From an uncultured Candidatus Rokubacteria bacterium (GTDB taxonomy: Bacteria > Methylomirabilota > Methylomirabilia > Rokubacteriales > DASRDR01): DNA of 64,000 nucleotides. Both the position numbers and the translations under genes were made by a program. Of this stretch, positions 38,768 through 49,444 are shown in pieces (position 1 is the first letter of the stretch; each line of letters begins with the position of its first letter). Under the pieces are notes generated by a model that saw only the letters and a list, made by a program, of their open reading frames with translations, did not search any database and was not told where the DNA came from. The stretch lies in NCBI GenBank assembly GCA_963805625.1, contig CAWDVE010000010.1:2080001-2144000 (forward strand), in the 5' to 3' direction.

Positions 38768-40446
38768 CGGCGATGGCCCCTGCGCGCCCGTGGCTCGAGA
38801 AACAGGTACCGGTCCAGATCGTAGGCCGCGAGTCGATTGCGGTAGTAGTACACGAGGGCCGGATTGCTGACGTGGATCCGGTCGCCGCGGCGCTCGAGCG
38901 GCGGAGGCGCGTGATAGAGTCCGAGCGCGCGCTCGGCGGAGGCCACGATCTGGGCGGCGTCGCCGCCCAGGTCCGCGGGGAGGGAGAGCTGGCCCGCCTG
39001 GGCCTTCTGTCGCAGTGTCCCGAGCAGCCGGGCCACGCGCTCGGTGAGCTCCGCCACGTCAAGTCCCTCGGCGATGCGTCGCGAGCGCAGGACCCGGTAG
39101 AGATCCCGCTCGCCCGACCGTTCCACGAGCGCCTGCATGACGGCGAAGCAGGTGATGTGCGTTGGCAGGACCGTGTGGCTCCGGTGCAGGCGGTCCACGA
39201 TCGCCGTCCCGAGCTCCCGGGTGTACTGGCGATCCCGGGCCGCGTCGAGCACCGGATGCCCCCCGGCATCGAACACGTAGCGCCGCTCGTCGACCACGCG
39301 CCCGTGCGGGTCGATCGACCGTCCCTCGTCGTCGACCTCGTTCCCGAACGGGTCGAGCGCCCGCCCGAAGCGGACGTGGATCTGCCCGTCCATGGCCAGG
39401 AGGGCCGAAATGAACTTGGCGACGCGCGCGGGACGGCTGACCTCATCGTCGTCGATGATGTACCGGCTCTGGCCCTCCTCCCGGAGGTAGTCGTCGATGA
39501 GGGTCTCGGCCTCGAGCACGACGTGATAGCTGACCGTGGTCGGGACGATGAAGACGCGCGGATGGGGTCGGCCCGCCTGGAGGTTGAGGATGTAGGCCTC
39601 GAGCCCGCACCCGAGCAGGCCGAGCTTCAGCGCCTGCTCGATGGCGCCCGAGCGCGAGCGCGTCCCGCCCGGGAAGAACAGGTTCCCGAGCCGGCGGCTC
39701 AGGGTCGCCACGCAGTAGTTCTTCAGCGTCCGCTTGTAGAGCCCCTCGTCCTTGAGCCGGTCCACCTTGTACGTGCCGAGCTGCTGCAGGAAGAACCCGA
39801 GCAGCGGGTTCGCGAACAGGTTCTTGCCTGCGCCGTAGATGAACCGTGGCAGGCCCACGCGCTGCAGCACGTACCCCACCACCAGCGAGTCCATGTGCGA
39901 CGCATGGGTCGGGGTGCACACGAGCGTGCCCGCCTGGGCGAGGCGCGATAACGGCTCGACCGCCCCGTCGATCACGAGGCGCGTGTCGAGATCCTCGCGC
40001 TTGAGCCCCTCGAGTAGAAGGCGCGGCAGCGAGGTGGCCGAGAGGAGCAGCGACAGGAAGCCCGGTGCGAGCCAGGAGACCAGGGCGAACATGCGCGGAT
40101 CGAAGTGGCCGCCGATCTCCGCCGCGTAGTGCTCGCACAGCGCGTGGGTCGCGGCCTCGAGTCGGGCCGGGTCCCGGGACTGGATCGCCTCCTGCGCGCG
40201 CTCGAGCACGCGCGCCTCCGCGTCGTCGGGCGGATGGGTCCGTGCCCGCCGGTCGGCGTGATAGAGGCAATCGTTCAGGGTCTCGTCGAGCGCCTCCCGC
40301 CCGGCCCGGGCGCGCACGATACTCTCCTCCGCCGAGCGGCGTGCGGCTTCCCGCCTGACGGCGACCTCATCGAGAGCTCCCACCGGAACCGGCATGGACG
40401 GCCATGATACCGACGCCCCTCCCGTGTGGTCAAAGCCGGTGGCCAT
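38764..40446 (-). CDS. Glycerol-3-phosphate / 1-acyl-G3P acyltransferase (PlsB/PlsC superfamily)
   Basis: HX4D motif PTHASHMD, YGAGKNLF, FFPGGTRSRSG, KLGLL. Coupled to gpsA. The exact start is uncertain. Confidence 0.88.
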   Translation of the reverse strand: MATGFDHTGGASVSWPSMPVPVGALDEVAVRREAARRSAEESIVRARAGREALDETLNDCLYHADRRARTHPPDDAEARVLERAQEAIQSRDPARLEAATHALCEHYAAEIGGHFDPRMFALVSWLAPGFLSLLLSATSLPRLLLEGLKREDLDTRLVIDGAVEPLSRLAQAGTLVCTPTHASHMDSLVVGYVLQRVGLPRFIYGAGKNLFANPLLGFFLQQLGTYKVDRLKDEGLYKRTLKNYCVATLSRRLGNLFFPGGTRSRSGAIEQALKLGLLGCGLEAYILNLQAGRPHPRVFIVPTTVSYHVVLEAETLIDDYLREEGQSRYIIDDDEVSRPARVAKFISALLAMDGQIHVRFGRALDPFGNEVDDEGRSIDPHGRVVDERRYVFDAGGHPVLDAARDRQYTRELGTAIVDRLHRSHTVLPTHITCFAVMQALVERSGERDLYRVLRSRRIAEGLDVAELTERVARLLGTLRQKAQAGQLSLPADLGGDAAQIVASAERALGLYHAPPPLERRGDRIHVSNPALVYYYRNRLAAYDLDRYLFLEPRARRGHRR

Positions 40447-41220
40447 TCACGCTCCGAGGGCCCGCGTGGCGTGCCAATCTGCGTTCGCAAGGATGTCTCG
40501 CCTGCCCGGCGTTGGATGAACACCGGACCTCCGGTGTTGGGCTCGGCATCAGGCCACAGAAGCTACTGACATCGCCGCTTTGGTAGGCGAGCGCTACGCG
40601 CGACCGTCCACCGGCGGAGTCTCCCGCCCGGGGTCAGCCCCCGGATCACCCTCGAGCCGTCACGCGACCGGGATGTTCCCGATGCTCGAACGTCGGGGGG
40701 CCTAGGATCCCCACTGGAGCGACACTCCGAACGGGACGAGTTCTAACCACTGCGGTGTCCGCCACCTCCTCTCCGGGAGGGGACGGCCCGGTCGCCGACA
40801 AGCGGCTCTACCCATGCCGCCCCGTCCGGCCCCGCGGCCTGGCCGACATCCAACAGGTCCGAAGGAAGGGCGCTCCATCTCGTCCCGCGAGGGTTTGATG
40901 ACCCGCACCTCAGCGCAGCACCACGCTCTGCAGGGACCGGATGCGCTTGCCCGCGAACCCGCGGATGCTCTCGGGCGCGCCCCCAGCCTTGAGCACGTCG
41001 GCCTCCAGCACAGTCGGGTCGAACACGACGCCGGTCTTCTTCGTGATCTCCCTGATCGGCATCTACTCCAACCTGTGCGCTCTCCCGTCGTGGTACAACA
41101 GGTCGAGGTCGTAGTGCGGCACGTTCGCGTGGGCGGTCGAGGCGTACAAGGCGAGCGCGAGCAGCATGGAGTCTCCTTCGGGAGGCGGCGCACGTTATCC
41201 TGGAAACTCCGGAGACTACC

Positions 41221-42588
41221 ATGTCATCCCCCACCGAAGCCCCGCGCCCCAAGGCCGTGCTCGTCGGCGTGCAACTTCCAGGCGTCACCGACGCGGAACA
41301 GCGGTCATCGCTGATGGAGCTCAAGCGCCTGTGCAAGACGCTCGGCTTCGAGGTCGTCGGCGAGGTGACCCAGAAGCGCAAGGGCCTCGGCGCGGCCACG
41401 CTGCTCGGCGAGGGCAAGCTCGTGGAGCTGGCCGCCTGGACCGGCGGCACGGGCGTCGTCCCCAAGGGACCCCCCGGCAAGAAGAAAGTGACCGAAGAAG
41501 ACGAAGAGGAGGACGAGACCGAGCCGCTCCACCTCGACGCGCCGCCGGCGCCGACCGGGGAGCCGCGCGCCACCGTCGTCGTCATCGACCACGAGCTGTC
41601 GCCTCGCCAGCTCCACCACATCGAGCGCGCGACCTCGGCCGCGGCGGTCCTCGATCGCACGGGCGTGATCATCGAGATCTTCCACCGGCACGCGTCGAGC
41701 CGACCGGCGCGCCTGCAGGTCGAGATTGCGCGGCTCACGTATGTGGCCCCCCGGTTGCGCGAGACCGGTGGCGGCGAGCGCCAGCGCGGCGGCATCGGGC
41801 TGAGGGGCGCGGGGGAGTCCTCCGTGGAGCTCGATCGCCGCAAGATCCGCGACCGCATCTCCGAGCTCAAGACGGAGCTGGCCGCCATCGACGACGAGTC
41901 GAGGACACGACGGGCGAGGCGTCAGGCGGCGCTGCGCGTCGCGCTGGTCGGGTACACCAACTCGGGCAAGTCGTCGCTGATGCGCGCCCTCACCGGCTCG
42001 CACGTGCTTGTCGCCGACACGCTGTTCGCGACCCTCGACACCACCGTCCGTGCCCTGTGGCCCGAGACTCGGCCGCGTATCTTGGTTTCGGACACGGTGG
42101 GTTTCATCAAGAAGCTCCCGCACGACCTCGTCGCCAGCTTCCGCTCGACGCTCGACGAGGCGCTCGAAGCGTCACTGCTGCTGCAGATCGTCGATGCGGC
42201 CGACCCGGTCTTCCGCGCTCAGATGCAGGTCACCCGCGAGGTGCTGGACGAGATCGGCGCCGGCGACGTGCCGTGGATCCTCGTCCTCAACAAGATCGAC
42301 AAGGTCGCCCAGACCGATCGGGAGGAGCTGTTGAAGGAGTTCCCGGCCGCGCTGCTCGTCTCGGCCAAGGACCCGGCGGATGTCAGGCGCGTGCGGGACG
42401 CGATCATCAGGACCTTCGAGGCGAAGATGACCGAGGTCGAGCTCGTCGTCCCGTACGACGCGGGTAGCGCGATCGGCGAAATCCACAAGGTCCACGTGAT
42501 CTCGGAGTCCTACGAAGGGGACGGCGTGCACTATCGAGTGAGGGCCCCCGAGGCCGCGATCGAGCGGATACGGGCGATGCTGCGCTAG
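41221..42588 (+). CDS. hflX: GTPase HflX
   Basis: DRTGVIIEIF, ARLQVEIARL, GAGESSVELDRR, GYTNSGKSS, LFATLDTT, DTVGFI, NKID. Confidence 0.95.
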   Translation: MSSPTEAPRPKAVLVGVQLPGVTDAEQRSSLMELKRLCKTLGFEVVGEVTQKRKGLGAATLLGEGKLVELAAWTGGTGVVPKGPPGKKKVTEEDEEEDETEPLHLDAPPAPTGEPRATVVVIDHELSPRQLHHIERATSAAAVLDRTGVIIEIFHRHASSRPARLQVEIARLTYVAPRLRETGGGERQRGGIGLRGAGESSVELDRRKIRDRISELKTELAAIDDESRTRRARRQAALRVALVGYTNSGKSSLMRALTGSHVLVADTLFATLDTTVRALWPETRPRILVSDTVGFIKKLPHDLVASFRSTLDEALEASLLLQIVDAADPVFRAQMQVTREVLDEIGAGDVPWILVLNKIDKVAQTDREELLKEFPAALLVSAKDPADVRRVRDAIIRTFEAKMTEVELVVPYDAGSAIGEIHKVHVISESYEGDGVHYRVRAPEAAIERIRAMLR

Positions 42589-42874
42589 AGGACGCGGTCG
42601 ATGCTCATCGGGGTGCTCCAGAGGATCTGCCCGAAGGCCCTGTGGATTCTGGCTCCCGCTCGCTTTCCCGCAGCCGCGGTAACAGCTCGCCTACGCGGGG
42701 AAGCTCTTCGCTGGCGGCACGCGTGATGGCAGAGACCGCGGCATCCAGCAGGGATTTCACCGAATCCTCACGCACCGCGGCGAGACTCGCAAACTCAGAA
42801 ATCTCAACCGACGGGATGGCAGGTGGTGTCTCCAACGTGATTCGAACTCGTGTTTCAGCCTTGAGAGGGCGGTT

Positions 42875-43040
42875 GGCCACCGTGACGCCGTCCTTGGTAA
42901 TGGTCGGGCTGCCGTACTTCTTGTCGATCACCACGTTCCGGCCCTTGCGGCCCAGTGGCCTTCACGGCCTCCGCCAGGATGTTGACGCCCCGCAGGAGCG
43001 CCGCCCGCGCCGCCTGGTCGAACATCAGTTGCTTCGGCAT
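42875..43040 (-). pseudogene. groL: 5' fragment of groEL (about 55 codons, internally frameshifted)
   Basis: [29 protein letters not shown], then [24 protein letters not shown], after which homology stops abruptly. Confidence 0.9.
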
Positions 43041-43356
43041 TCGCCGGTCCTGCCTCTGTCCTTCGTCGGTGATCGGTGTGAGTCTGGAGCGCCGTGGCGC
43101 GGGGGAGTCGTTCCCCCAGGATTCCCAGGATGTCATGAAGGAGCCGAACCATGAGGCGAAACTCAGGGGACTCTCGGACCTGGGGAGCTGGCAGAGAGCG
43201 GAAGCCATCGAAAAGGGGGGCGGGATAAGATGCCTGGGCAAGACAAGGGTGATTATGCGGTCGCCCGGGGATGTGCCGACGGGCTTGAGCTGCTCTTCAA
43301 GAAATGAGCGCGTCGACCGCACCATGGTATCGGCGCCGTCTGCATCGCTGACGTGT

Positions 43357-43995
43357 TCAGGGTCGCCTCGCGACGTCACTCCCCGCGCGATCTTTCGCGA
43401 TCGAGATGCCTTCGATGTACAGAACAAAGCCGAGTGCTCGAGCCTTCTCCAGGTCTGACGTCTTGATTCGGTACACGTTCATCGTGCCCGTCGACGCGCC
43501 GCACATCCGCGGGTGTTGAATTCCGTCCGATTTCTTCGCCTGTGCCTCGACGGCGATGCTCGCGGCACGCAACTCCTTCTCCATTTGCTCCAGGGACACG
43601 GGTTGACCCATTTCACATTGCAGGCTCCCGTCATACTTCGCGATGTCGATTGAGGGACTGTCATACATCCAGGACTGAAATCTCTTGACTCCCTGTGGGT
43701 CAGCCGGTATTCGTGGTAAATCATCCTTCGCAATCTCGTAGACGTTCGCGATGCCGGTCGGGGCTCCACACAGGGCCATGATGAAACCCGGCACGACTCG
43801 CTTCTCGCTTGAGAGGACTGTGATGTTGACGGCCGTGAGCTCCTTCGCCATGTCATCCAGGGGCACGGCCTGCCCCATTCCGCATTGAAGGCCGCCATCG
43901 TACCGGAATACCCGGACGGTGTCGGCCGACAATCCCGGCCCCGTCATCACGACCGTGAATCCTGCCACCAGGGTAGCGAGTCGCCAGGTTCGCAT
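43357..43995 (-). CDS. Secreted protein with two tandem Cys-pair domains
   Basis: Signal peptide. Repeat YDGGLQCGMGQAVPLDDMAKEL..CGAPTGIANVYEI / YDGSLQCEMGQPVSLEQMEKEL..CGASTGTMNVYRI. SD ggagg. Confidence 0.8.
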   Translation of the reverse strand: MRTWRLATLVAGFTVVMTGPGLSADTVRVFRYDGGLQCGMGQAVPLDDMAKELTAVNITVLSSEKRVVPGFIMALCGAPTGIANVYEIAKDDLPRIPADPQGVKRFQSWMYDSPSIDIAKYDGSLQCEMGQPVSLEQMEKELRAASIAVEAQAKKSDGIQHPRMCGASTGTMNVYRIKTSDLEKARALGFVLYIEGISIAKDRAGSDVARRP

Positions 43996-44084
43996 CGCGT
44001 TCCATCCTCCCGGTGTGTCCATTGGCAACGACCCGCGGCCGATGGCGTCCACCGGCAGCGAGTCGTGCTAGTTCACTGCGACGC

Positions 44085-44250
44085 CTACGTCGATCCCAGC
44101 CGCTCCTTCCCGACGCTGCGATGCCATCGCCACACGCCGACGACCAGCATCGCCGCCAGCGCCAGGAGGCCGGTGAGACCAAGCCAGCGCTCTGCCCGGT
44201 GCACATCGGCCATGATGGCGTTGATCTGATCCGTGAAGAAGACCGCCCTG
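44085..44250 (-). pseudogene. Probable C-terminal remnant of a DedA-like membrane protein
   Basis: FFTDQINAIMADVHRAERWLGLTGLLALAAMLVVGVWRW resembles DedA C-termini. There is no credible N-terminus. Confidence 0.4.
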
Positions 44251-44340
44251 GGAGCCGAGACGAGCCGGTCGCGCCGACCGGCGAAGTCCGCCGGGCCCGG
44301 GCCGCCAACGTATGCCGTCTTGGCTCCATCGCATGGGTCG

Positions 44341-44607
44341 CTAGCCCGCGTGCGCCGGTGCGGGGCCGGGGGATCCATGCCCGCTGTCCCTCACGATCCG
44401 GTAGAGGACCCACCCGCTGGCGTCCTGACCGCCGAGGCGCTCCGCCCGCTCGAACAAGCTCAGGCGGCTTCTTCGCGGAATCGATGGATGCTCCGCGAGC
44501 ACCGCCTTCCGCCCGAGCCGGACGGCCTCCGTGGGTAACGGCGCCTCGATGCGGTAACGCGCCAGGATCCCTCGCCTCTCGTTGTAGAACTGCATCACCC
44601 AATTCAT
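44341..44607 (-). CDS. Hypothetical protein (88 aa)
   Basis: Protein-like composition (MNWVMQFYNERRGILARY..GWVLYRI), SD gagggg, and co-directional with the Hsp20 operon. Confidence 0.65.
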   Translation of the reverse strand: MNWVMQFYNERRGILARYRIEAPLPTEAVRLGRKAVLAEHPSIPRRSRLSLFERAERLGGQDASGWVLYRIVRDSGHGSPGPAPAHAG

Positions 44608-44674
44608 CGCCGACCCCCTCGTGCGACCCTGCGGCGTCCTCGGGCCGTGACCGCCGGTGACTCCACGGCCGTCC

Positions 44675-44830
44675 TCAGATGCGACCCGTCATGAACAGGA
44701 CAATGCGCACCAACAGCACGAGGCCGACGCCTCCGCTCGGGCCATAGCCCCAGCTCCGGCTGTGCCCCCAGGTCGCCAGCGCCCCGAACAGCGCGAGAAT
44801 CAGGACGACGATGAGCATCGTGGGCAGCAT
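44675..44830 (-). CDS. DUF3309-family small membrane protein (51 aa, not in the ORF track)
   Basis: MLPTMLIVVLILALFGALATWGHSRSWGYGPSGGVGLVLLVRIVLFMTGRI. SD ggaggag. Confidence 0.85.
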   Translation of the reverse strand: MLPTMLIVVLILALFGALATWGHSRSWGYGPSGGVGLVLLVRIVLFMTGRI

Positions 44831-44937
44831 CAGCTTCTCCTCCGGAGAGTTCTGGCCAGGTCCTCGGCGACTCCCAAGGAGCGCGAAGGCCGAGGCGCGT
44901 CCCGGTCGACACCGGCACGGGCCTCGACCTCCGTGGA

Positions 44938-45384
44938 TCAGGCGGCCTTGACTGCGATCATCTTCCGCGTCGTCACTTGCGGCGCCGGGATCCTCACCTC
45001 GAGCATCCCGTTCGCATGCTTCGCCTCCACGTGGGCGACGTCGACGCCCTCGGGGAGCTGGAAGCTCCGCTGGAACGCGCCGTATGCGAGCTCGCGGACG
45101 AAGTAGTCCTGGCCCGCGGTATCGTGATCGGCCTTGCGCTCACCCTTGACGGTGAGGACGTTGTCCATCCAGGACACCTCGACGTCCTTCGGATCCACGC
45201 CCGGCATGGCGAGCTGGATGACGTAGGCGCCGTCGTCGATCCGCCCCTCAGCGGCGGGAAGCCACGCGGGGGCACGCGGGGCGGCCTCGTCCGTGGCGCC
45301 GTTGAAGAACTCCGGGAACAGCGCGTCGACGTCGTGGTGGAAGTGGAACTTCCGAGCGGGGGACCAGCGAAGCATGGTGGTCAT
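44938..45384 (-). CDS. Hsp20/alpha-crystallin small heat-shock protein
   Basis: WLPAAE, AMPGVDPKDVEVS, LTVKGERK, RELAYGAFQRSFQLPEGVD, NGMLEVRIP. Confidence 0.93.
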   Translation of the reverse strand: MTTMLRWSPARKFHFHHDVDALFPEFFNGATDEAAPRAPAWLPAAEGRIDDGAYVIQLAMPGVDPKDVEVSWMDNVLTVKGERKADHDTAGQDYFVRELAYGAFQRSFQLPEGVDVAHVEAKHANGMLEVRIPAPQVTTRKMIAVKAA

Positions 45385-45430
45385 GGTGCTCTCCTCTCAA
45401 ATACCTCAGTACCCAAAGACTCAAACTAAC

Positions 45431-45778
45431 TTAGCCGCGGGTGAAGAACTTCTGCACGGAACGCCCAACGGACTTCATGCCATCCCAGATGGACTCGCCG
45501 AAGCCCTGCGCGCTTTTTTCCAGCTTCTCGCCGGCGGGCCTGGACTCCGTGCCTGCAGCCGTCGCGCGCCGCTCCACCTCCGTGGCGCCCTCCGTCAGGG
45601 TCTTGCCGATGCCCTTGGCTGTCTCTTGAACGCCCTCGACGATCTTCCTCGCCCCGTCGGCCACGGAGTCGGCGGGCGGCCTCGCCTGGGCGCCCGCGAG
45701 GCCGGCGCTTCCGGTAAGGGCAAGGAGCATCACGACCGCCGTTAGGCTCCACGCCCTTGGTCCTGTGGCACTCATCAC
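45431..45778 (-). CDS. Exported amphipathic-helix (LEA/apolipoprotein-like) protein
   Basis: Signal peptide then GARKIVEGVQETAKGIGKTLTEGA..GFGESIWDGMKSVGRSVQKFF. SD aggag. Confidence 0.7.
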   Translation of the reverse strand: MMSATGPRAWSLTAVVMLLALTGSAGLAGAQARPPADSVADGARKIVEGVQETAKGIGKTLTEGATEVERRATAAGTESRPAGEKLEKSAQGFGESIWDGMKSVGRSVQKFFTRG

Positions 45779-45801
45779 ATGTCTCCTATGCTGAATCGCT
45801 A

Positions 45802-45845
45802 TACTACTGTCCTAGTACAGTAGTACGCATAGTCAATTCTGTCAA
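45802..45845 (-). promoter_or_regulatory. Promoter with overlapping palindromic operator (stress-island motif copy 1)
   Basis: Minus strand TTGACA-N14-TACTACTGTACTAGGACAGTAGTA, with perfect 9-bp arms TACTACTGT/ACAGTAGTA. Confidence 0.75.
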
Positions 45846-46058
45846 GTACCATCTCGCCTGCGTGGGCGCTTCGGGGTCGATGGTCTCGACGCCCGACATC
45901 GATTCCGGGACGGCGCTGCGTCTCCAGTCTGCGCCGAAGCCGCGGCGCGCTGCCCTCCTGCGAACTAGCCTCTGTGGAGCTCGCGGTCACCGCGCCGCGG
46001 GGATCAGGCTGGGCGCCACCGGCGGACCGCAGCCACAGGATGTACAGTGTAAAGATTC

Positions 46059-46964
46059 ATGCGGAGCATGTGGTCGCTGCTGGCCGCCACCTTCCGGGAC
46101 TGGTTTGAGGATCGGGCACAGCGTCTGGGCGCGGCTCTCGCCTACTACACGATCTTTGCGCTGACCCCCGGCCTCGTGCTGGTCATCGCGTTGGCGGGAG
46201 TCCTGCTCGGCCAGGACGCGGAAGGCCAGATTCTTGGGCAGATCCGCGAACTCATTGGGGAGCAGGGCGCGGCCGCGATCGAGGCGACGACTCGGAGCGC
46301 GCGCACCGAGACCCTGGGGGTAGGGGGAACCGCGCTGGCGCTCTTTCCTCTCGTGTTCGGGCTATGGGGGCTCTTCGGCGAGCTTCAGGATGGGCTCAAC
46401 ACGATCTGGGGGGTGACGCCGAAAGCCGGGCGCCGTGTGATCGAGATCGTGAAGGAGCGCTTTTGGTCGTTCGCCATGGTGGTCGGCATCGGGTTTCTGC
46501 TCCTGGTGTCGCTCGCGATGAGCGCCTGGCTCATCGTCGTCGGCACCTACTTCGGCCAACTCCTGCCCGCGCCGGCCGCGGCGCTCGAACTGCTGAACTT
46601 CGTCATTTCGTTCGGCGTGATCACCGTTCTCTTCGCCATGACGTTCAAGCTGCTCCCCGACGTCACGATCGCCTGGCGGGATGTCTGGCCGGGCGCCGCC
46701 CTGACCTCCCTCCTCTTCACCGCGGGCAAGTTCGTCATCGGCCTCTATCTCGGGAAGAGCGCCGTGGCCTCGGCATACGGGGCCGCTGGCTCCCTCGTCA
46801 TCATCGTGGTCTGGGTCTACTACTCGGCGCAAATCCTGCTGTTTGGCGCCGAGTTCACCAAGGTGTGGACGAAGCGGCGGGGTTCGGGGTTCGTGCCGGA
46901 TCAGACGGCGAGGCCGGTGACGCGGGAGGCGCGAGCCGAGCAGGGCCTGGGGCCACGGTCATGA
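46059..46964 (+). CDS. YihY / virulence factor BrkB family membrane protein
   Basis: RLGAALAYYTIF, LQDGLNTIWGV, FKLLPD..WRDVWPGA, YGAAGSL..WVYYSAQILLFGAEF. Confidence 0.93.
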   Translation: MRSMWSLLAATFRDWFEDRAQRLGAALAYYTIFALTPGLVLVIALAGVLLGQDAEGQILGQIRELIGEQGAAAIEATTRSARTETLGVGGTALALFPLVFGLWGLFGELQDGLNTIWGVTPKAGRRVIEIVKERFWSFAMVVGIGFLLLVSLAMSAWLIVVGTYFGQLLPAPAAALELLNFVISFGVITVLFAMTFKLLPDVTIAWRDVWPGAALTSLLFTAGKFVIGLYLGKSAVASAYGAAGSLVIIVVWVYYSAQILLFGAEFTKVWTKRRGSGFVPDQTARPVTREARAEQGLGPRS

Positions 46965-47166
46965 GATCGCGCACAAACCGAGGGCCGTGATAAAGAAACT
47001 GAAAAGGCCTGATGGCGCATGGCAGGCGTCTCGCTGACGCGAGAAGACCAGGGCACGCTGGGGGGCATGTGCGCGATTGTCCTCGCCGCAACTCTCCCTT
47101 GCGCCGGTCCGCGATCCCACTCGATCCACCGATTTGCCTTCAGTGGTCGAGGTGCACGGCGACCGT

Positions 47167-49195
47167 TCAGTCCGACAGGAGGTGGATGCGCGGCCGCACG
47201 TCGTCCTCGGCCGTCGACCCCCAGTAGCGCAGGAGGATCGCATAGACCAGCAGACCGGTCTCCCCCTCCCCGAAGAACAGGAAGCGAAACGCCTGCCGGG
47301 TCAGATCCTCGCGGGTGAGGCTGAGGAAGATGCTGATCGGGTCCACCATCTCGCTCAGGTAGGCGATCGTGTTGGCGATGGCGATTGCCCCGTGCACCTC
47401 GATGACGTAGTCTCGCCCTTCCCGCCGCACCTCGACCCCCAGCGGCGCCAGGAACTCGCTGCGGTTGTCCAGCAGGTTCACGTGCACGAAGGCGAGCGGC
47501 TCGTCGATCCGGTAGTACCGGCGGATCTCGGCGCTCTTCCCGGACCCGGGTCTCCGGCGATCGGGCCTTCATGGGGACCATGTGCACCTGCTTGCCCACC
47601 AGCGCCGGGCCGAGCTCCGCCGACGCCTGATCGATGAAGTCGGCCTCGGACACCCGGATCTCGGTGGCCCGGACGGACCGGCTCACCGTGCTCACCACGA
47701 GCACCAGGAGGATGAACGCGCTCCCGATGATCACCCCGTCCGGCCGCTTCACGCAGTTGTCGACGAGCGTGTACGCGAAGACGACGGTCATCGCCCCGAA
47801 GTACACGCTGGCCGGCCGCCGCTCCTCGCGCCACAGGGCCAGCGTCACCGCCAGCGCCGCCGACAAGATCAGCGCGAGCACGCCGGTGGCGTAGGCCCCG
47901 CTCTGCGCCTCCACGCTGGCGCGGAAGACCAGCGTGACGACCACGTTGATGACGAAGAGCACGAGGACGAGCGGGCGGGCCCGCACTGCCCACGCCGGCG
48001 CCATGCCGAACCGCGGCAGGTAGCGCGGGACCAGGTTCAGCAGTCCCGCCATTGCGGAGGCGCCGGCCAGCCAGAGGATGAGGATGGTCCAGAGGTCGTA
48101 GATCGACGCGAACCCAGCGCTGAAGAACCCATGGGCGAGGTGGGCGAGCGCACGCCCGCTCGCCGGCCCCCCTTCGCGATAGTCCGCGGGCGAGATCAGG
48201 AGCGTCGTCACGACACTCGAGAGCACGAGCATCACGCTCATGATGGCCGCGGCGGCGACGAGGAGTGTGCGCGTGTGGCGGATCCGGCCGAGGGGTGGCT
48301 GGGCGCCGCGCCGCGGCTGGGCATCGGACGCGCCACCGTCGATCAGGGGCATCACCGAGACGCCGGTCTCGAAGCCGCTCATCCCGAGCGCGAGCGTCGG
48401 GAACACCAGGAGAGCGCCGGCCGCGATCGTGCCCCAGTCGCCCCGCTCCAAGAGGGCGCGGTGCCAGCCGCTCCACAGCTCCGGCCGAGCGGCGATCTCG
48501 CCGAGACCGCGCCCGAGCACGACGAGGCTCAGCACGAGGTACGGGATGGCGACGACCGCGGCCATCCCGATCGCCCCCCGGAACCCGAACAGGAACACGA
48601 CGGCCAGCAGGGCGAGGAGGATCAGGGTGACCCCGATCTGCGCATCGCCGAGGAACGGGTGCAGGTACGGGTTCTCGATGGCGTGCTTGGTGGCGTCCGC
48701 GGCCGACAGCGTCATGGTAATGACGAAGTCTGTGGCCGCGAACCCGAGCAGGATGAGCACGAGGAGCTTGCCGCTCCAGCCCGGGAGCAGGTTCTCGAGC
48801 ATCGCGATCGACCCCTGACCGGCGTAGGAGCGGCGCGCGACCTGGGCGTAGATCGGTAGGGCACCGAGCAGCGTCACCAGGACGAGGACGGACGTGGCCA
48901 GCGGCGCGACGGCGCCGGCCGCGAGGAGGGCAATGCCCGGCTGGTAGCCGAGTGTGGAAAAGTAGTCCACGCCCGTGAGCCAGAGCACGCGCCGCCACGA
49001 GTGCGTCTCCTGACCCGCCCCGTCTCCGGCGCCATGGAGGTCGCCCACGCCCAGCAGCCATCGCCCGATGGCGGAGCGCGACTCGCGCCGCTGTGGCAGC
49101 GTGTGCCCGAACGGGATCCGAAGGCGGGCGTTATGGCTCACGAGCGTTTCTTGCCCGCGCGCCACGTGGGCCGCGACCATGGGCCAAGGTCCCAT
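47167..49195 (-). CDS. APC-superfamily amino acid transporter-like protein (frameshift near 47545, start uncertain)
   Basis: VLWLTGVDYFSTLGYQPGIA, GFAATDFVITMTLSAADA, SGFETGVSVMP, QSGAYATGVL. The C-terminus continues in ORF 47167-47487 (FLFFGEGETG). Confidence 0.85.
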
Positions 49196-49444
49196 TAGCG
49201 TGACCCCACCGTGCCGGACATACTTTGTCGACGCCTCGCCTGGCCCGGGTGGAGTCCACCCTGTCGTAACGCGACGCGACGGGGCGGCCCCATGAGACCT
49301 CTTCTGGAATCACCATCGGTGATTCCGTGGGCGGGGGCCCCTGTCGGGGCGCCCGCAACAGGAACGACGCGCCGCGTCGGCTAACGAGCGGGTGCCCGTC
49401 TGCGAGCAAGAGCGCGCGCGAGGTAGGCGCGGCGACCCCGGGCG

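Noticed and set aside
45806-45821. LexA SOS box
   Set aside because: The spacing is CTGT-N6-ACAG, not the CTGT-N8-ACAG of the E. coli-type box, and the downstream genes are not DNA-repair genes.
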